Shown: in pieces, positions 27,281 to 37,178 of the stretch | Numbering within the stretch: position 1 is the stretch's first letter | Layout: every line of letters starts with the position of its first letter | NCBI GenBank assembly: GCA_963782525.1 | Contig: CAWAKC010000007.1 | Span: 64,001 to 128,000 of the forward strand | From: Candidatus Bathyarchaeota archaeon | GTDB taxonomy: Archaea; Thermoproteota; Bathyarchaeia; Bathyarchaeales; Bathycorpusculaceae | DNA length: 64,000 bases | Direction of reading: 5' to 3' | Translations under genes and position numbers: made by a program | Notes under the pieces: generated by a model | Seen by the model: only the letters and a program-made list of their open reading frames with translations | Databases searched by the model: none | Told to the model about the DNA's origin: nothing

Positions 27281-29205
27281 GTCCTAAAGAAATTGCTGAC
27301 TTCAGTCGCTAAGACACCTTTTTTGTCGGGCAAAACTTTCATCCCGCCTGTTATCCAAGAGGGTAAGAAGTTTTTGCAGTAGTTGGTAGCGAAACGGAAG
27401 TCCAAGAACGCTATAGCGCCTCGGTCATCTAGGGTTCTTATGGGTCTTCCAGCTGCCTGCGAAGCTTTTTTCATGGCAGGCAAAACGTATCCATATTCAC
27501 GTCCAAACCCAGGAAAACGCTTATCATAATAGTCGATTTGCGCTTTAATTCTTGGCGTTGGCTCCGCATAAGGCACCCCAACAACGACTACTGAATTCAT
27601 TTGGTTGCCTGGAAAATCCACACCTTCAGACGTCCTGCCGCCCTGAACACCAAGGAACACAGCGCCGCCCTTGTCGCCGCAGGCTTTGAAATCCTGAACC
27701 ATTTTCTCGTTGGCTTTAGAAGTCATACCTTTACGTTCGTGAAAGAGGGGTTTTAAAAGAGCATTCTCTAAGCCTTCAGCCAATAGGGCATTTAAGACTT
27801 GGAAAGAAGCTGCGAAAACGCCTGTGTTAGTTGGAGTACTGTTTACTACTTCGTTTATGCGTTCCACCATGATTTGATACATTTGAGGGGTCCTCTTATC
27901 CATGGAAGTTGTAACACCCAAGGACACGGCTGAGAAAACGTGTTCCTTGGGGAACGGGGAAGACGCAAGGAACTTTACCGTGCTATCGGGCAACTGCGTA
28001 ATTCTTGCAAACGCCTCCAATGGCTGCAGAGTCCCAGACATAATCACGTTAGCATAGGTAGATGAGAAAACGGGCTGCGTAACCTTGGATGGGTCAAGCG
28101 CAACTATCTCAAGCTTGGCGGTTTTATTGTTTTCTTTGTTAAAATATCGGCTTGCAACATTGATGAAGGAGTCATCCTCCAATGTATCAAACCATTTAAG
28201 TAGAAACTCACTCATCGCATGAACATAAGACCTCGGATTTTTGCCTTCAGCAAGCAAGGTTTTCTTGATTGAGGAGCCTGCTTCATGCATATGCTCAAAG
28301 AACTCTCTTGGTCGAGAAATGTTACCTTGTTTTTGTATGATATCAATCAAGCATTTACCCGGAATGATTTCTTCTCGGCTAATCTTGTCTGTGATTTTTT
28401 CCACTTCAAGCCTGAAGAAGTGGGCGAAGTCTTCGATGTCTTTGTTGCCGAAGCGGTTAGCCTCCATCTCCGCAGCCCGCATAACGAAAAGAGAAAGGGT
28501 GCTGCCTGAGATGCTGATGGCTGTTTCAGGCAAGTTGTGAGCTTCATCCACGATTAGGATGATTTTTTGGAGTTCGGTTTCAAGGTTTTTGAGGAAAGCC
28601 GTGCGGATTACAGGGTCGAAAACGTATAGGTAGCTTAATGCGATGACTTTGACGTCAGAGAGCCCAGCCTTTACAAGTTCGTAGGGACAGACTTCTTTTT
28701 TCTTGCAAATCCGCTGGATTTCACTGCCCATGTAAGGGCGACTAGCAACTTGCTGTTGAAGTTGCATGTAATCGTAAGTTCGCTCCTCCACATTAGTGTA
28801 ATATGGACACCTGCTCTTGGCTTTGAGGAGTTCGCAGACTTCCATAAGTGACTTCGAATCGAAAGCGCCTTTGGCGGCGAAGACGTTGAGACACATTTCA
28901 TTGCGTCCACGAATGGAAAGCCCACTAATCTGGTGTTTCCTAAAAACCGCCCTTAACTCCTCGATAACGCGGTCATGTTGACGGTGGGTTCTTGCCACAT
29001 AGAGGATTTTGAGTTTTTTCTCGATAGCGACTGGTAACACTGCAGAGAGGGCGGAGATTGTTTTTCCTAAGCCGTTGCTGCCCTCGATGAGGACTGAACA
29101 GCGGTTAGCGACGGCGTTGTAGACGGTGCTTATGAATTCGTCCTGGTGTGGACGCACGCTATCGTAGGGGAAGTACTCTGCAACTTGGCTGGGCAACTTA
29201 ATCAT
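27271..29205 (-). CDS. xpd: XPD/Rad3-family Fe-S DNA helicase
   Basis: RPHQ, GLGKT, four Fe-S cysteines, DEAHN, SGTL, QAAGRPIR. Confidence 0.92.
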   Translation of the reverse strand: MIKLPSQVAEYFPYDSVRPHQDEFISTVYNAVANRCSVLIEGSNGLGKTISALSAVLPVAIEKKLKILYVARTHRQHDRVIEELRAVFRKHQISGLSIRGRNEMCLNVFAAKGAFDSKSLMEVCELLKAKSRCPYYTNVEERTYDYMQLQQQVASRPYMGSEIQRICKKKEVCPYELVKAGLSDVKVIALSYLYVFDPVIRTAFLKNLETELQKIILIVDEAHNLPETAISISGSTLSLFVMRAAEMEANRFGNKDIEDFAHFFRLEVEKITDKISREEIIPGKCLIDIIQKQGNISRPREFFEHMHEAGSSIKKTLLAEGKNPRSYVHAMSEFLLKWFDTLEDDSFINVASRYFNKENNKTAKLEIVALDPSKVTQPVFSSTYANVIMSGTLQPLEAFARITQLPDSTVKFLASSPFPKEHVFSAVSLGVTTSMDKRTPQMYQIMVERINEVVNSTPTNTGVFAASFQVLNALLAEGLENALLKPLFHERKGMTSKANEKMVQDFKACGDKGGAVFLGVQGGRTSEGVDFPGNQMNSVVVVGVPYAEPTPRIKAQIDYYDKRFPGFGREYGYVLPAMKKASQAAGRPIRTLDDRGAIAFLDFRFATNYCKNFLPSWITGGMKVLPDKKGVLATEVSNFFRTQS

Positions 29206-29324
29206 GCGTTATTCCCCTGAATCGTATTTCCTTCCCCCGTCTTGAAAATATAGCCCAAATATGGTTTGCATGCTATAAATACCAATTGAAGCAAAATAGT
29301 CCAGATGCCTGATGCAGTGAGGCA

Positions 29325-29945
29325 TTATTTCCTCAGGTTTTTCATTATTTGCTGTGCTATTTCCAAGTCTTTAGTCGTGTTAACGTTCAAAAGAACCTCA
29401 GTTTCCGAGGTTATGATAGCGCTGGTTTCAATCTTGCCTTCCCCCAAAACTTTGGCGCCATTGATAATGTTCACTCCCGAAACAGCATACCAGACGCCTT
29501 TGTACTCGTCAGTCGAGGAGATGGAGAGCCCAAGGTCCTGACGTTTTTTTATTGGAACGAAGACGGCTAAGAAGTCTTTTCCGCAGCCCTCAAATTCGCT
29601 TACGACTTTATCAAGAAATGGCCCAGTTATCGCTGGTACGTCGGAGGGCATAGTCAGCACAGGACCCATCAGACTGGCCTTCAGAACGGCTTGTTTTAGG
29701 TCGTTGTGGTAGCCTTTAGCGTCTGTACGCAGAACCTTCCAGCCTCTATCTAAACAGTGCTTTTCGGTTTGAGACGTGTTCGCACTGGTTATGACGTAGA
29801 ACTCGGAGACTTTCTGGGCATTTAAGATTGCGTCTGCCACCCAGTCGATGAGCGGTTTACCTAAAAACGGAAGCAACGGCTTCTCAGTTGGCACACCCAT
29901 ACGCGAGCCTTTGCCGCCAGCCATAATTAAAGCAGGAATCATCAC
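29325..29945 (-). CDS. cobY: Adenosylcobinamide-phosphate guanylyltransferase CobY
   Basis: MAGGKGSRM...EKP, GYHNDL, NVNT..DL; translationally coupled to cobS. Confidence 0.85.
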   Translation of the reverse strand: MMIPALIMAGGKGSRMGVPTEKPLLPFLGKPLIDWVADAILNAQKVSEFYVITSANTSQTEKHCLDRGWKVLRTDAKGYHNDLKQAVLKASLMGPVLTMPSDVPAITGPFLDKVVSEFEGCGKDFLAVFVPIKKRQDLGLSISSTDEYKGVWYAVSGVNIINGAKVLGEGKIETSAIITSETEVLLNVNTTKDLEIAQQIMKNLRK

Positions 29946-30775
29946 AGCATCACCAGAAACACTACTGCAAACAGAATTAACGTCACAGCACGTGCAACCT
30001 CGTTGGTTGCTCCAATCATATCACCTGAAACCCCGCCGAAAACACCCTCTGAAACCTTCTCCATTACAAATGCCACTGGAATGCTGACTAAAACTATGCC
30101 TACAGCAACTAAACCCCACAGCGGACTAATCGTGAGAGCAAACAAGGGAAAAACAACCAAAACAGCAATCACATAGGCGACGGCGTTGAGTTTCTTTTTG
30201 GCTTTGGAGAGAAAAATCGATCCTAACCCTTTATGGCTGGGCTTTCCAAACCAAACAATCGTAACCATCGATAACTTTGCCGCAATTTCGGCAGCTAATA
30301 TGGCGCCAAAAGCAAACATTGGATTAATAAAAAATAAGCCTATGAAAGCGGCAAATTCCACAACCAACGCCAAAACAGCACCCGAATAGGTTACCGTCCA
30401 AGCGTGCGCAACCATCTTTCTGTCATGCACATTCCGCAAGCCCACGGCATTACCTAAGTCGATTAAGCCATCAAAATGTTGCAGTCCAGTTATCACACTT
30501 AAGAAAGCTATTGTCATAGCTGCAGGAAACAAAGTCGGAAAAACCCAATTGGGCAAACCTGCAAAGCTGTGGATTAAACCTAACAAGAAACCTACAATTA
30601 CGCTTGAACCGAGAAAATATAATCCAGCCAGTAAACCGATAAAGCCGCCTAATAATGGAAAAAGCCAAACATTCTCCGCCGTCGTGAAAATAAAATCTTC
30701 TTTTCCCCCAACTGGAATAATGGTGAGGAAAGATAGCAAATCCCTAAAAGTTTTTATAGTTTTCACCGGCGACAT
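29942..30775 (-). CDS. cobS: Cobamide synthase CobS-like, divergent
   Basis: FLTIIP, FPLLG, TGLQHFDGLID, FGGVSGDMIGATNE. Confidence 0.8.
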   Translation of the reverse strand: MSPVKTIKTFRDLLSFLTIIPVGGKEDFIFTTAENVWLFPLLGGFIGLLAGLYFLGSSVIVGFLLGLIHSFAGLPNWVFPTLFPAAMTIAFLSVITGLQHFDGLIDLGNAVGLRNVHDRKMVAHAWTVTYSGAVLALVVEFAAFIGLFFINPMFAFGAILAAEIAAKLSMVTIVWFGKPSHKGLGSIFLSKAKKKLNAVAYVIAVLVVFPLFALTISPLWGLVAVGIVLVSIPVAFVMEKVSEGVFGGVSGDMIGATNEVARAVTLILFAVVFLVML

Positions 30776-30823
30776 ATACCTACAACCTTACTAATAGGGA
30801 ATATAGGCTTTGTCGTGAATTAG

Positions 30824-31759
30824 ATGGCTGAATTGAAAGGGAAAAAAGTGCTGGTTACTGGTGGAGCAGGCTTTATAGGCTTTCACCTGTGCAATAAACT
30901 GTCACAACTGACGGATGACTTAACGATTTATGATAACCTATCAAGCGGTCTAATGAAAAATGTTAAGGATGTTCCCAAAGCCAACTTTATCAAAGGCGAC
31001 ATACTGGACCTCAAAACGCTTTGCAGTTTACCCAAGAGCGATTTAATCTACCATTTAGCAGCACAAGTCGTCGTGGGTTACTCTATGGAGAACCCTCTCG
31101 TTGATTTTGAGACGAACGCCAAAGGAACGTTGTGTGTTTTAGAAAAAGCCCGCAAAGACGACGCAAAAGTGGTTTTTGCTTCCAGCGCCGCAGTCTACGG
31201 CAACCCTACAGTATTTCCAACTCCCGAATCATATGGCTTTCACCCATTCTCATGCTATGGCTTATCCAAAGTGGTAGGCGAAGAATACTGCCAAATGTAC
31301 CGAGAACAATATGGATTAGACATTGTAATAACACGTTTCGCCAACGTTTACGGCCTGCGATGCCATGGCGTTATCCATGACTTCCTTGATAAACTAGCCA
31401 ACAATCCCAATAAACTTGAAATCATCGGTACTGGTGAGCAATGCCGCGATTTCGTACATGTATCAGATGTGGTTGCGGCATTAGTTAAGGTGGGTTCAGA
31501 GGATTATGTTAACTGCGAAGTCTACAACTTGGGGCTCGGCAAAACCACATCCATAATAGAATTAGCCAAATTGATACTGACCATTCTTGATCTTCAAGAC
31601 AAAACGGTCGTCACAACCACAGGCGTTTCATGGCAGGGCGACGTAACCAAAATCTGGTTTGACATCTCCAAAGCTAAAAAAGAGCTCAAATGGACACCCA
31701 AAGTAACGTTGGAAGAAAGCATCAAAGAAGTCATCGCTGACAGGAAAATTAAGAAATGA
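30824..31759 (+). CDS. NDP-sugar epimerase/dehydratase (extended SDR)
   Basis: TGGAGFIG, HLAA, SSAAVYG, YGLSK, RDFVHV. Confidence 0.92.
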   Translation: MAELKGKKVLVTGGAGFIGFHLCNKLSQLTDDLTIYDNLSSGLMKNVKDVPKANFIKGDILDLKTLCSLPKSDLIYHLAAQVVVGYSMENPLVDFETNAKGTLCVLEKARKDDAKVVFASSAAVYGNPTVFPTPESYGFHPFSCYGLSKVVGEEYCQMYREQYGLDIVITRFANVYGLRCHGVIHDFLDKLANNPNKLEIIGTGEQCRDFVHVSDVVAALVKVGSEDYVNCEVYNLGLGKTTSIIELAKLILTILDLQDKTVVTTTGVSWQGDVTKIWFDISKAKKELKWTPKVTLEESIKEVIADRKIKK

Positions 31760-32667
31760 ATGCAGCCGGGTCAGCTAGAGCTCTAGTTGCTCTGCTGCGG
31801 CTTCCCTACTGGCTGATGACCGGCGGTTTGGCGGTGCTAACGGCATTCGCCATCCTAAAAGGCAACTTTTCAAGTATACAAACTTCAGTTGGAACCCTAA
31901 GTTTTGGGTTAGTTGCGCTTCTGACTTTCTTTTCCATGGCACTCATTGCTTCTGCAGGGTTTGCAATAAACGATTATTTTGACAGGGAAAGCGACGCAGT
32001 CATCAAACCTAAACGTCCCATCCCCTCAGGCGCCCTCAATCTGAAGCAGGTTGTGGCGATTACAGGCGTGCTATTTACTTTAGGCTTACTTCTTTCAGCA
32101 TTAATAAATTGGTTAAGTTTCGCAATAATAGCCATTGATTCACTTTTGCTTTTGGTTTACTCGTACATGGTGAAACGAAAGTCCGGTTTCGCCGCTAACC
32201 TGCTAATGGGTATTTTGACGGGTACAGCGTTCATATTTGGGCAAGCAACCGTTTCAGGCACTATAACATGGATTTCACTAAGCCTCTACCCAATCGCGTT
32301 TGGAACAATAGGCGGCAACGTGCTACGCGACATCTTAAGCATGGAGGGCGACTCAAAAGTGGGATACCCAACGCTACCACAGAAAATCGGCGCTATCAGC
32401 GCAGCTAAAGTCGGCGGCATATTCTTCCTCCTCACAGGATTGCTTGCTCCTCTGCCTGCTCTACCCCTGTTCAAAGACCACTTTACATTGTATTATTTGC
32501 CGCTGATTCTGCTCTGGAGTGCACTGTTAATTTACTCCTCTATACGATTATTCGTGTCAAGTTCAACCATAGCAGATATACGCAAGTATGAAAGGTTGGT
32601 AACGATGTCAATGATGCTGTTGCCGCTTGCACTCATTATTGAAGCTGTCCTTGGATGGTTAATATGA
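31756..32667 (+). CDS. UbiA prenyltransferase, DGGGP-synthase-like, divergent
   Basis: AINDYFDRESD..KPKRPIPSG; second motif altered to NVLRDILSMEGD. Confidence 0.8.
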   Translation: MNAAGSARALVALLRLPYWLMTGGLAVLTAFAILKGNFSSIQTSVGTLSFGLVALLTFFSMALIASAGFAINDYFDRESDAVIKPKRPIPSGALNLKQVVAITGVLFTLGLLLSALINWLSFAIIAIDSLLLLVYSYMVKRKSGFAANLLMGILTGTAFIFGQATVSGTITWISLSLYPIAFGTIGGNVLRDILSMEGDSKVGYPTLPQKIGAISAAKVGGIFFLLTGLLAPLPALPLFKDHFTLYYLPLILLWSALLIYSSIRLFVSSSTIADIRKYERLVTMSMMLLPLALIIEAVLGWLI

Positions 32668-34130
32668 GCGAAACCAAAAGCATCTGCCCTGAATGCCAAA
32701 AGAAAATCGACGCCCAATTAGCCCAGTCCCACGGCAAAATCCAAATAACCAAACAATGCCCCGAACACGGCGAATTTCACGCCACCCACTGGCAAAGTGT
32801 ACCCGTCTACAATCACATGCAAAAGTACGACCAGTTCCAATACCTCGGCGACCTAAATGCACCCAAAAACCCCGAGGGCTGTCCCTACAAATGCGAAACC
32901 TGCAACAAACACGCGTCGGGCACAGTCATCGGCGTAATCGACGTAACCAAACGTTGCAACTTCAAATGTGCTGTATGCTTTAGTACTTTTCCAAATCAAG
33001 AAGCAGATTATGAACCCACCAAAGAAGCCCTCATAAACATGCTTGAGTTCGCAGCTAACGCAAATCCTAAGCCTCCAGCAATTTTGTTCTCAGGTGGCGA
33101 ACCGCTCGAACGCGAGGATATGCCAGAAATTATTGCGGCGGCACACAGGCTAAAATTTATGACTATCTTGGCGACCAACGGAACCCATCTCGTTGATACC
33201 CCCGGGTTGGCTAAGAAGCTCAAAGACAGCGGCTTAAACATAGTTTACTTGTCCTTTGACAGTTTCCATGAAGAATTCAACCGAAAAGTTCGAGGACGAG
33301 AACTCTTAGAAATGAAACTGAAAGCCATTGACGTTTGCCGCACACAGGATATGGAAATCATCCTCGTGAACACCCTCATGAAGAGCCTCAACGACAAGGA
33401 GGTCGGTGACATGATACGTTTCGCTTCCAAAAACACTGACATCGTCCGAGGATTAATCTTCCAGCCTATCGCTTTCACGGGCAGAGCCACAGAGAACCCG
33501 TTCCGCGAAAATTTCCGCGAATGGAGCTTCGCCGAGGATGTTGAAAAGCAAACGAACGGGGAAGTGAAAGCTACTGATTTGTATCCGATGTCTGTTATGA
33601 CTTCGCCGATTAAAATCATGCGTAAATTCATGCAGAAACCCTGGCCGCTATTCAGCTGTAGCCCGCAATGCGGCATTGTTAACTGGGTTTACGTTTCCAA
33701 AAGCGGCAAAATGTTTCCCATAAACCGCTTCGTCAACTTTGACCGGTTCTTCAACAGTATCCGCAAAACCGCTGAAGAAGCCGAATCCAAGGGCAAATTC
33801 TCATTGCTTTCATCGCTGTTTATGGCTTCAATGCTATCTATGGACATGTTTTTGGTCACCAAAGAAGTGGGCATGCCAACTTTGATGAAATCCATCATGA
33901 AAATGCATCTCTCGCCATCTTATCAGTCGCTGGGCAAAATCCGACGCAGAATCTTCCTCTTAGGCTGCATGGCATTCATGGATTCCTACAACTTCGACGT
34001 CAACCGCGTCCGCCGATGCGTCGTCCACTACATCACGCCTGACCTGAAGATTATTCCGTTCTGCGCCTACAACAACGTCCACCGAGTAGCTATCGAGAAA
34101 GCGTATGCTGAAAGACAAAAGAAAGCTTAA
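32664..34130 (+). CDS. Tetraether synthase (Tes/GDGT-MAS, MJ0619 family)-like radical SAM enzyme
   Basis: SICPEC...CPEHG, GCPYKCETCNKH, CNFKCAVC, SGGEP, CSPQC, FMDSYNFD..RVRRC..HY...IPFCAYN; ATGA overlap at 32664. Confidence 0.8.
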   Translation: MSETKSICPECQKKIDAQLAQSHGKIQITKQCPEHGEFHATHWQSVPVYNHMQKYDQFQYLGDLNAPKNPEGCPYKCETCNKHASGTVIGVIDVTKRCNFKCAVCFSTFPNQEADYEPTKEALINMLEFAANANPKPPAILFSGGEPLEREDMPEIIAAAHRLKFMTILATNGTHLVDTPGLAKKLKDSGLNIVYLSFDSFHEEFNRKVRGRELLEMKLKAIDVCRTQDMEIILVNTLMKSLNDKEVGDMIRFASKNTDIVRGLIFQPIAFTGRATENPFRENFREWSFAEDVEKQTNGEVKATDLYPMSVMTSPIKIMRKFMQKPWPLFSCSPQCGIVNWVYVSKSGKMFPINRFVNFDRFFNSIRKTAEEAESKGKFSLLSSLFMASMLSMDMFLVTKEVGMPTLMKSIMKMHLSPSYQSLGKIRRRIFLLGCMAFMDSYNFDVNRVRRCVVHYITPDLKIIPFCAYNNVHRVAIEKAYAERQKKA

Positions 34131-34193
34131 CCTATTGGAATGGAATTTAGGGCTTTTTGGTGCTTTTTAGACTTTTTGAACTCTGAAAAAAAA

Positions 34194-34721
34194 TTACTTT
34201 TTTGCTGCTTCTGCAGTCATTTGCTTGACGAACGCTTTGATGCCTTCAGGTTGACCGTAAACTACTATGCGCCCATCCTTTTCGGGTTTGACCTGGAGAT
34301 TTTGTTCTTCAGCAATCCGTAGTATCCGTCCGGCTGGCAGGTCCTTGATTGGTTCCACTCTCACCCATTTTTGGTCTCTCGGAACACCCGTAACATACTT
34401 GTCCTCCGATGCGGGTTCCTCGCAAACTTCAGCGTTAGCTTCTTCTAGGCGCCTTAGCCATGCGTCAACTTTTTCGGCACCAAAAACCTTCTGCGCCTCC
34501 TCGGCGAGATAAGCTTCCACGTTTGCAGATAATTCCTCAGCTTTTTGGAGAGCATCGCCTGCGCCCCTGGCTTGGGTGCAATGAAGCTTTATCATGCTTT
34601 TTGCAGACCGCAAGTCCGCCAGAATATTTTCAGGGATTACTACTCCTTTTTTCTCCAAATCAATGAGCATGCTTTCGAGAACTTTCCATGATGCCATGTT
34701 GTGACCCATAACCGTCGCCAT
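34194..34721 (-). CDS. DUF2096-like archaeal protein
   Basis: WKVL..M..DL.KKG...DLR.AK..I, GVPRDQKWVRV. Confidence 0.6.
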   Translation of the reverse strand: MATVMGHNMASWKVLESMLIDLEKKGVVIPENILADLRSAKSMIKLHCTQARGAGDALQKAEELSANVEAYLAEEAQKVFGAEKVDAWLRRLEEANAEVCEEPASEDKYVTGVPRDQKWVRVEPIKDLPAGRILRIAEEQNLQVKPEKDGRIVVYGQPEGIKAFVKQMTAEAAKK

Positions 34722-34871
34722 CTGAAATGTTAGGACTTTGCGCTATAAAGGGTTAATCATGGCGGGCAGGGTTTGGAAAGAAATAAATCATTTAACTGGT
34801 TGTAGATAATTGGAGAGTTCTCTTTCGGGAACCAAAGTTAATTTTCAATTAATTTTTTGGCGGTTAAAAAA

Positions 34872-36248
34872 ATGGAAATAAAAACCATCAAGTCTGAAGG
34901 TTTAGCCCACAACAGCTACTATCTATCCGACGAACATGAAGCCGTAGTTATTGACCCAAGGCGTGACTGCGAAATCTACACCCAACTTGCCAAAGAAGAC
35001 TGCGCAAAAATCAAATATATCCTAGAAACTCATCGCAACGAAGACTACGTCGTCGGCTCACTGGAGCTGCAGAGCCTCACAGGAGCAGAAATCGGTCACA
35101 GCAACGCTTTGCTTTTCAAGTATGGAGAAGACAAGTTGTCTGATGGCGACGTCTTGCATGTAGGCGGTGTAAAGATAAAATCTCTCTACACGCCCGGACA
35201 TACCAACGAATCCCTTTGTTACGTTATTTATCCCTCAGAGAGTAACGATGCTAAAGCTGTTTTCACGGGCGACACAATCTTTGCGGGTTCCGTTGGGCGA
35301 ACCGACCTCTATGGCAAAACCAACCATCCCACTCAAGCAGAAAAACTCTACATTAGCCTAAACGAAAAGTTGTTGCGGCTGGGTGACCATGTTTTGGTTT
35401 ACCCCGCCCATGGCGCAGGCAGCGTCTGTGGTCACGGCATAAATAACATGGAACCAACCACGCTTGGCTTCGAGAAAAAAACCAATCCCTACCTGCAATT
35501 TGGCAAGGATGAATTCATCAAAAAAGTAACTGCTGAAGAATTGGTGGTACCAAAGTACTTCAAAAAAATGGAGGAACTAAACCTGAACGGTCCACCGCTA
35601 CTCAGCAAAATGTCCAATCCAAAACCTTTCTCGCTGCTCGAGTTTGAAGTGGAAATGCAAGAGCAGAATATGATTGTTATAGACACTCGAATGCCCTACG
35701 CGTATGCAGGGTCACATATCCCCAATTCAGTCAGTTTGTGGCTTGGAGGAACTAGCGTTTACCCCGGATGGCTCTTTGATACCAATCAGTACATCATCTT
35801 CATGCTTGAGCGCCCAAGTGATATCGACATTGCGGCGCCACAGTTTAGGCGGCTGGGTTTTGACAACATGTGTGGTTACCTATGCGGCGGCATGAATCAG
35901 TGGCAGGATGCGGGGAAGCCTTTCCGTAGCTACAAAACCGTTTCAGCCCCAGAAACAAAAGAGCGGTTTGCTAAGGGCGAAGTTTTGTTGTTGGATGTTC
36001 GGGATCCGCCAGAATGGACCGAAGATGGTTACATTGAGGGTGCAACTCGGATTTTCTTTGGTGACTTACCCCAAAAAACCGCAGAATTGCCAAAAGACAA
36101 ACCGATTGTTGTTACTTGTTCGGTTGGGAACCGTTCAAGTATTGCATTAAGCATGTTGGAGCGGGCGGGCTTTGAAGATGTCAGTAACATGCTTGGCGGG
36201 TTGACTGCATGGAGAAACCGTGGGTATCCGATCAAAAAAGAGATCTAG
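34872..36248 (+). CDS. MBL-fold hydrolase with two rhodanese domains
   Basis: ETHRNEDY, TPGHT, FTGD, PAHGAGS; C-terminal CSVGNRS rhodanese loop. Confidence 0.9.
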   Translation: MEIKTIKSEGLAHNSYYLSDEHEAVVIDPRRDCEIYTQLAKEDCAKIKYILETHRNEDYVVGSLELQSLTGAEIGHSNALLFKYGEDKLSDGDVLHVGGVKIKSLYTPGHTNESLCYVIYPSESNDAKAVFTGDTIFAGSVGRTDLYGKTNHPTQAEKLYISLNEKLLRLGDHVLVYPAHGAGSVCGHGINNMEPTTLGFEKKTNPYLQFGKDEFIKKVTAEELVVPKYFKKMEELNLNGPPLLSKMSNPKPFSLLEFEVEMQEQNMIVIDTRMPYAYAGSHIPNSVSLWLGGTSVYPGWLFDTNQYIIFMLERPSDIDIAAPQFRRLGFDNMCGYLCGGMNQWQDAGKPFRSYKTVSAPETKERFAKGEVLLLDVRDPPEWTEDGYIEGATRIFFGDLPQKTAELPKDKPIVVTCSVGNRSSIALSMLERAGFEDVSNMLGGLTAWRNRGYPIKKEI

Positions 36249-36250
36249 CC

Positions 36251-36970
36251 TTATTGTTCTGATGGCTTAAGTGCCTTCGCCATTCGTTTGGCGTTGTCTT
36301 TGGGTTCCAAGAGTTCCTTGACAAGGTTGTATTGGCGTTGGTAGATGTGACAGTTTTTCGAGTGGAAAATTAGTTTGCCTGTTTTCAATGAAAGGTTGCC
36401 TCGCTCGTTTATTTCGTTGACGAAAGCTTCATTGAAAAGCTGAAGTCCAGCGATGTTAGCCGGTAACCCGCCATACGCATCCCAGCTTCGAAAATAGGAG
36501 GTGAAATGCATTTGGTTGTCGAGAATTTCTGTGTCGATTAGGCTCAGGCAGGGGGGTTCACTTTTTTTGTTGTTTTTACCGTATTTTTTTATGTCTTCTG
36601 GGAACCTGATAACCATCGTAACTTGCCGATCCCTCTGCTCTTCAATGTATCTTTTTATGGCTTCCTCAACCTGGTTGATTGGATGATTTAGGCGGCTGCC
36701 GTAGGTGTAGGTTTCGTCTTCTTGTTTTTCGCCACACCACAAATACTCCAACGCGTAGCCTTGGACGTACTTGAAGTCGCATGGCGCTTTATCGCTGACC
36801 AGAGGCCGATTTTCAGGGTTTGTTATTTCGATTGTAAGATTCAGCTTCCTAGTTTCAGTCTCTTCTGAGCCAAAACCGACTTTGAAAACATCCCCTTCCC
36901 TCCAAATTGCGCTTAACGCTTTGAACCAAGCATCAGGGCAATCGAATGCTGAAATCTTCACATGTTTCAA
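36251..36970 (-). CDS. thyA: Archaeal-type thymidylate synthase family protein
   Basis: YTYGSR, PPCL, FRSWD...PAN, HIY. Confidence 0.8.
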   Translation of the reverse strand: MKHVKISAFDCPDAWFKALSAIWREGDVFKVGFGSEETETRKLNLTIEITNPENRPLVSDKAPCDFKYVQGYALEYLWCGEKQEDETYTYGSRLNHPINQVEEAIKRYIEEQRDRQVTMVIRFPEDIKKYGKNNKKSEPPCLSLIDTEILDNQMHFTSYFRSWDAYGGLPANIAGLQLFNEAFVNEINERGNLSLKTGKLIFHSKNCHIYQRQYNLVKELLEPKDNAKRMAKALKPSEQ

Positions 36971-37134
36971 ACAGAGGTCTCCGAGTTACCGAATAATGTT
37001 TAGCCACTTAACATAATAACTTTACCAATCAAAAGTGGTTCTCTGAATTTTTAACATTCTAATTGCTTGAAAAAGTGCCAATTCGACCTGGCCCTAAGGA
37101 TTCAATCTAGGTTGGAATTAAAAGCAGAATACAA

Positions 37135-37172
37135 AACTTTTTTTAAAAAATAAAATAAAGAAAGAAAATTTG
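37135..37172 (-). terminator. Oligo-T terminator region of the thermosome gene
   Basis: T-rich tract on the minus strand immediately after the stop codon. Confidence 0.5.
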
Positions 37173-37178
37173 GGTCGC

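Noticed and set aside
36251-36970. Phage-like DNA hypermodification (thymidylate synthase homologue near glycosyltransferases)
   Set aside because: Looks like the ordinary archaeal family, sits next to the thermosome and has no viral or restriction context
37079-37120. Imperfect stem upstream of thyA, possible riboswitch
   Set aside because: Weak pairing and no recognisable aptamer consensus
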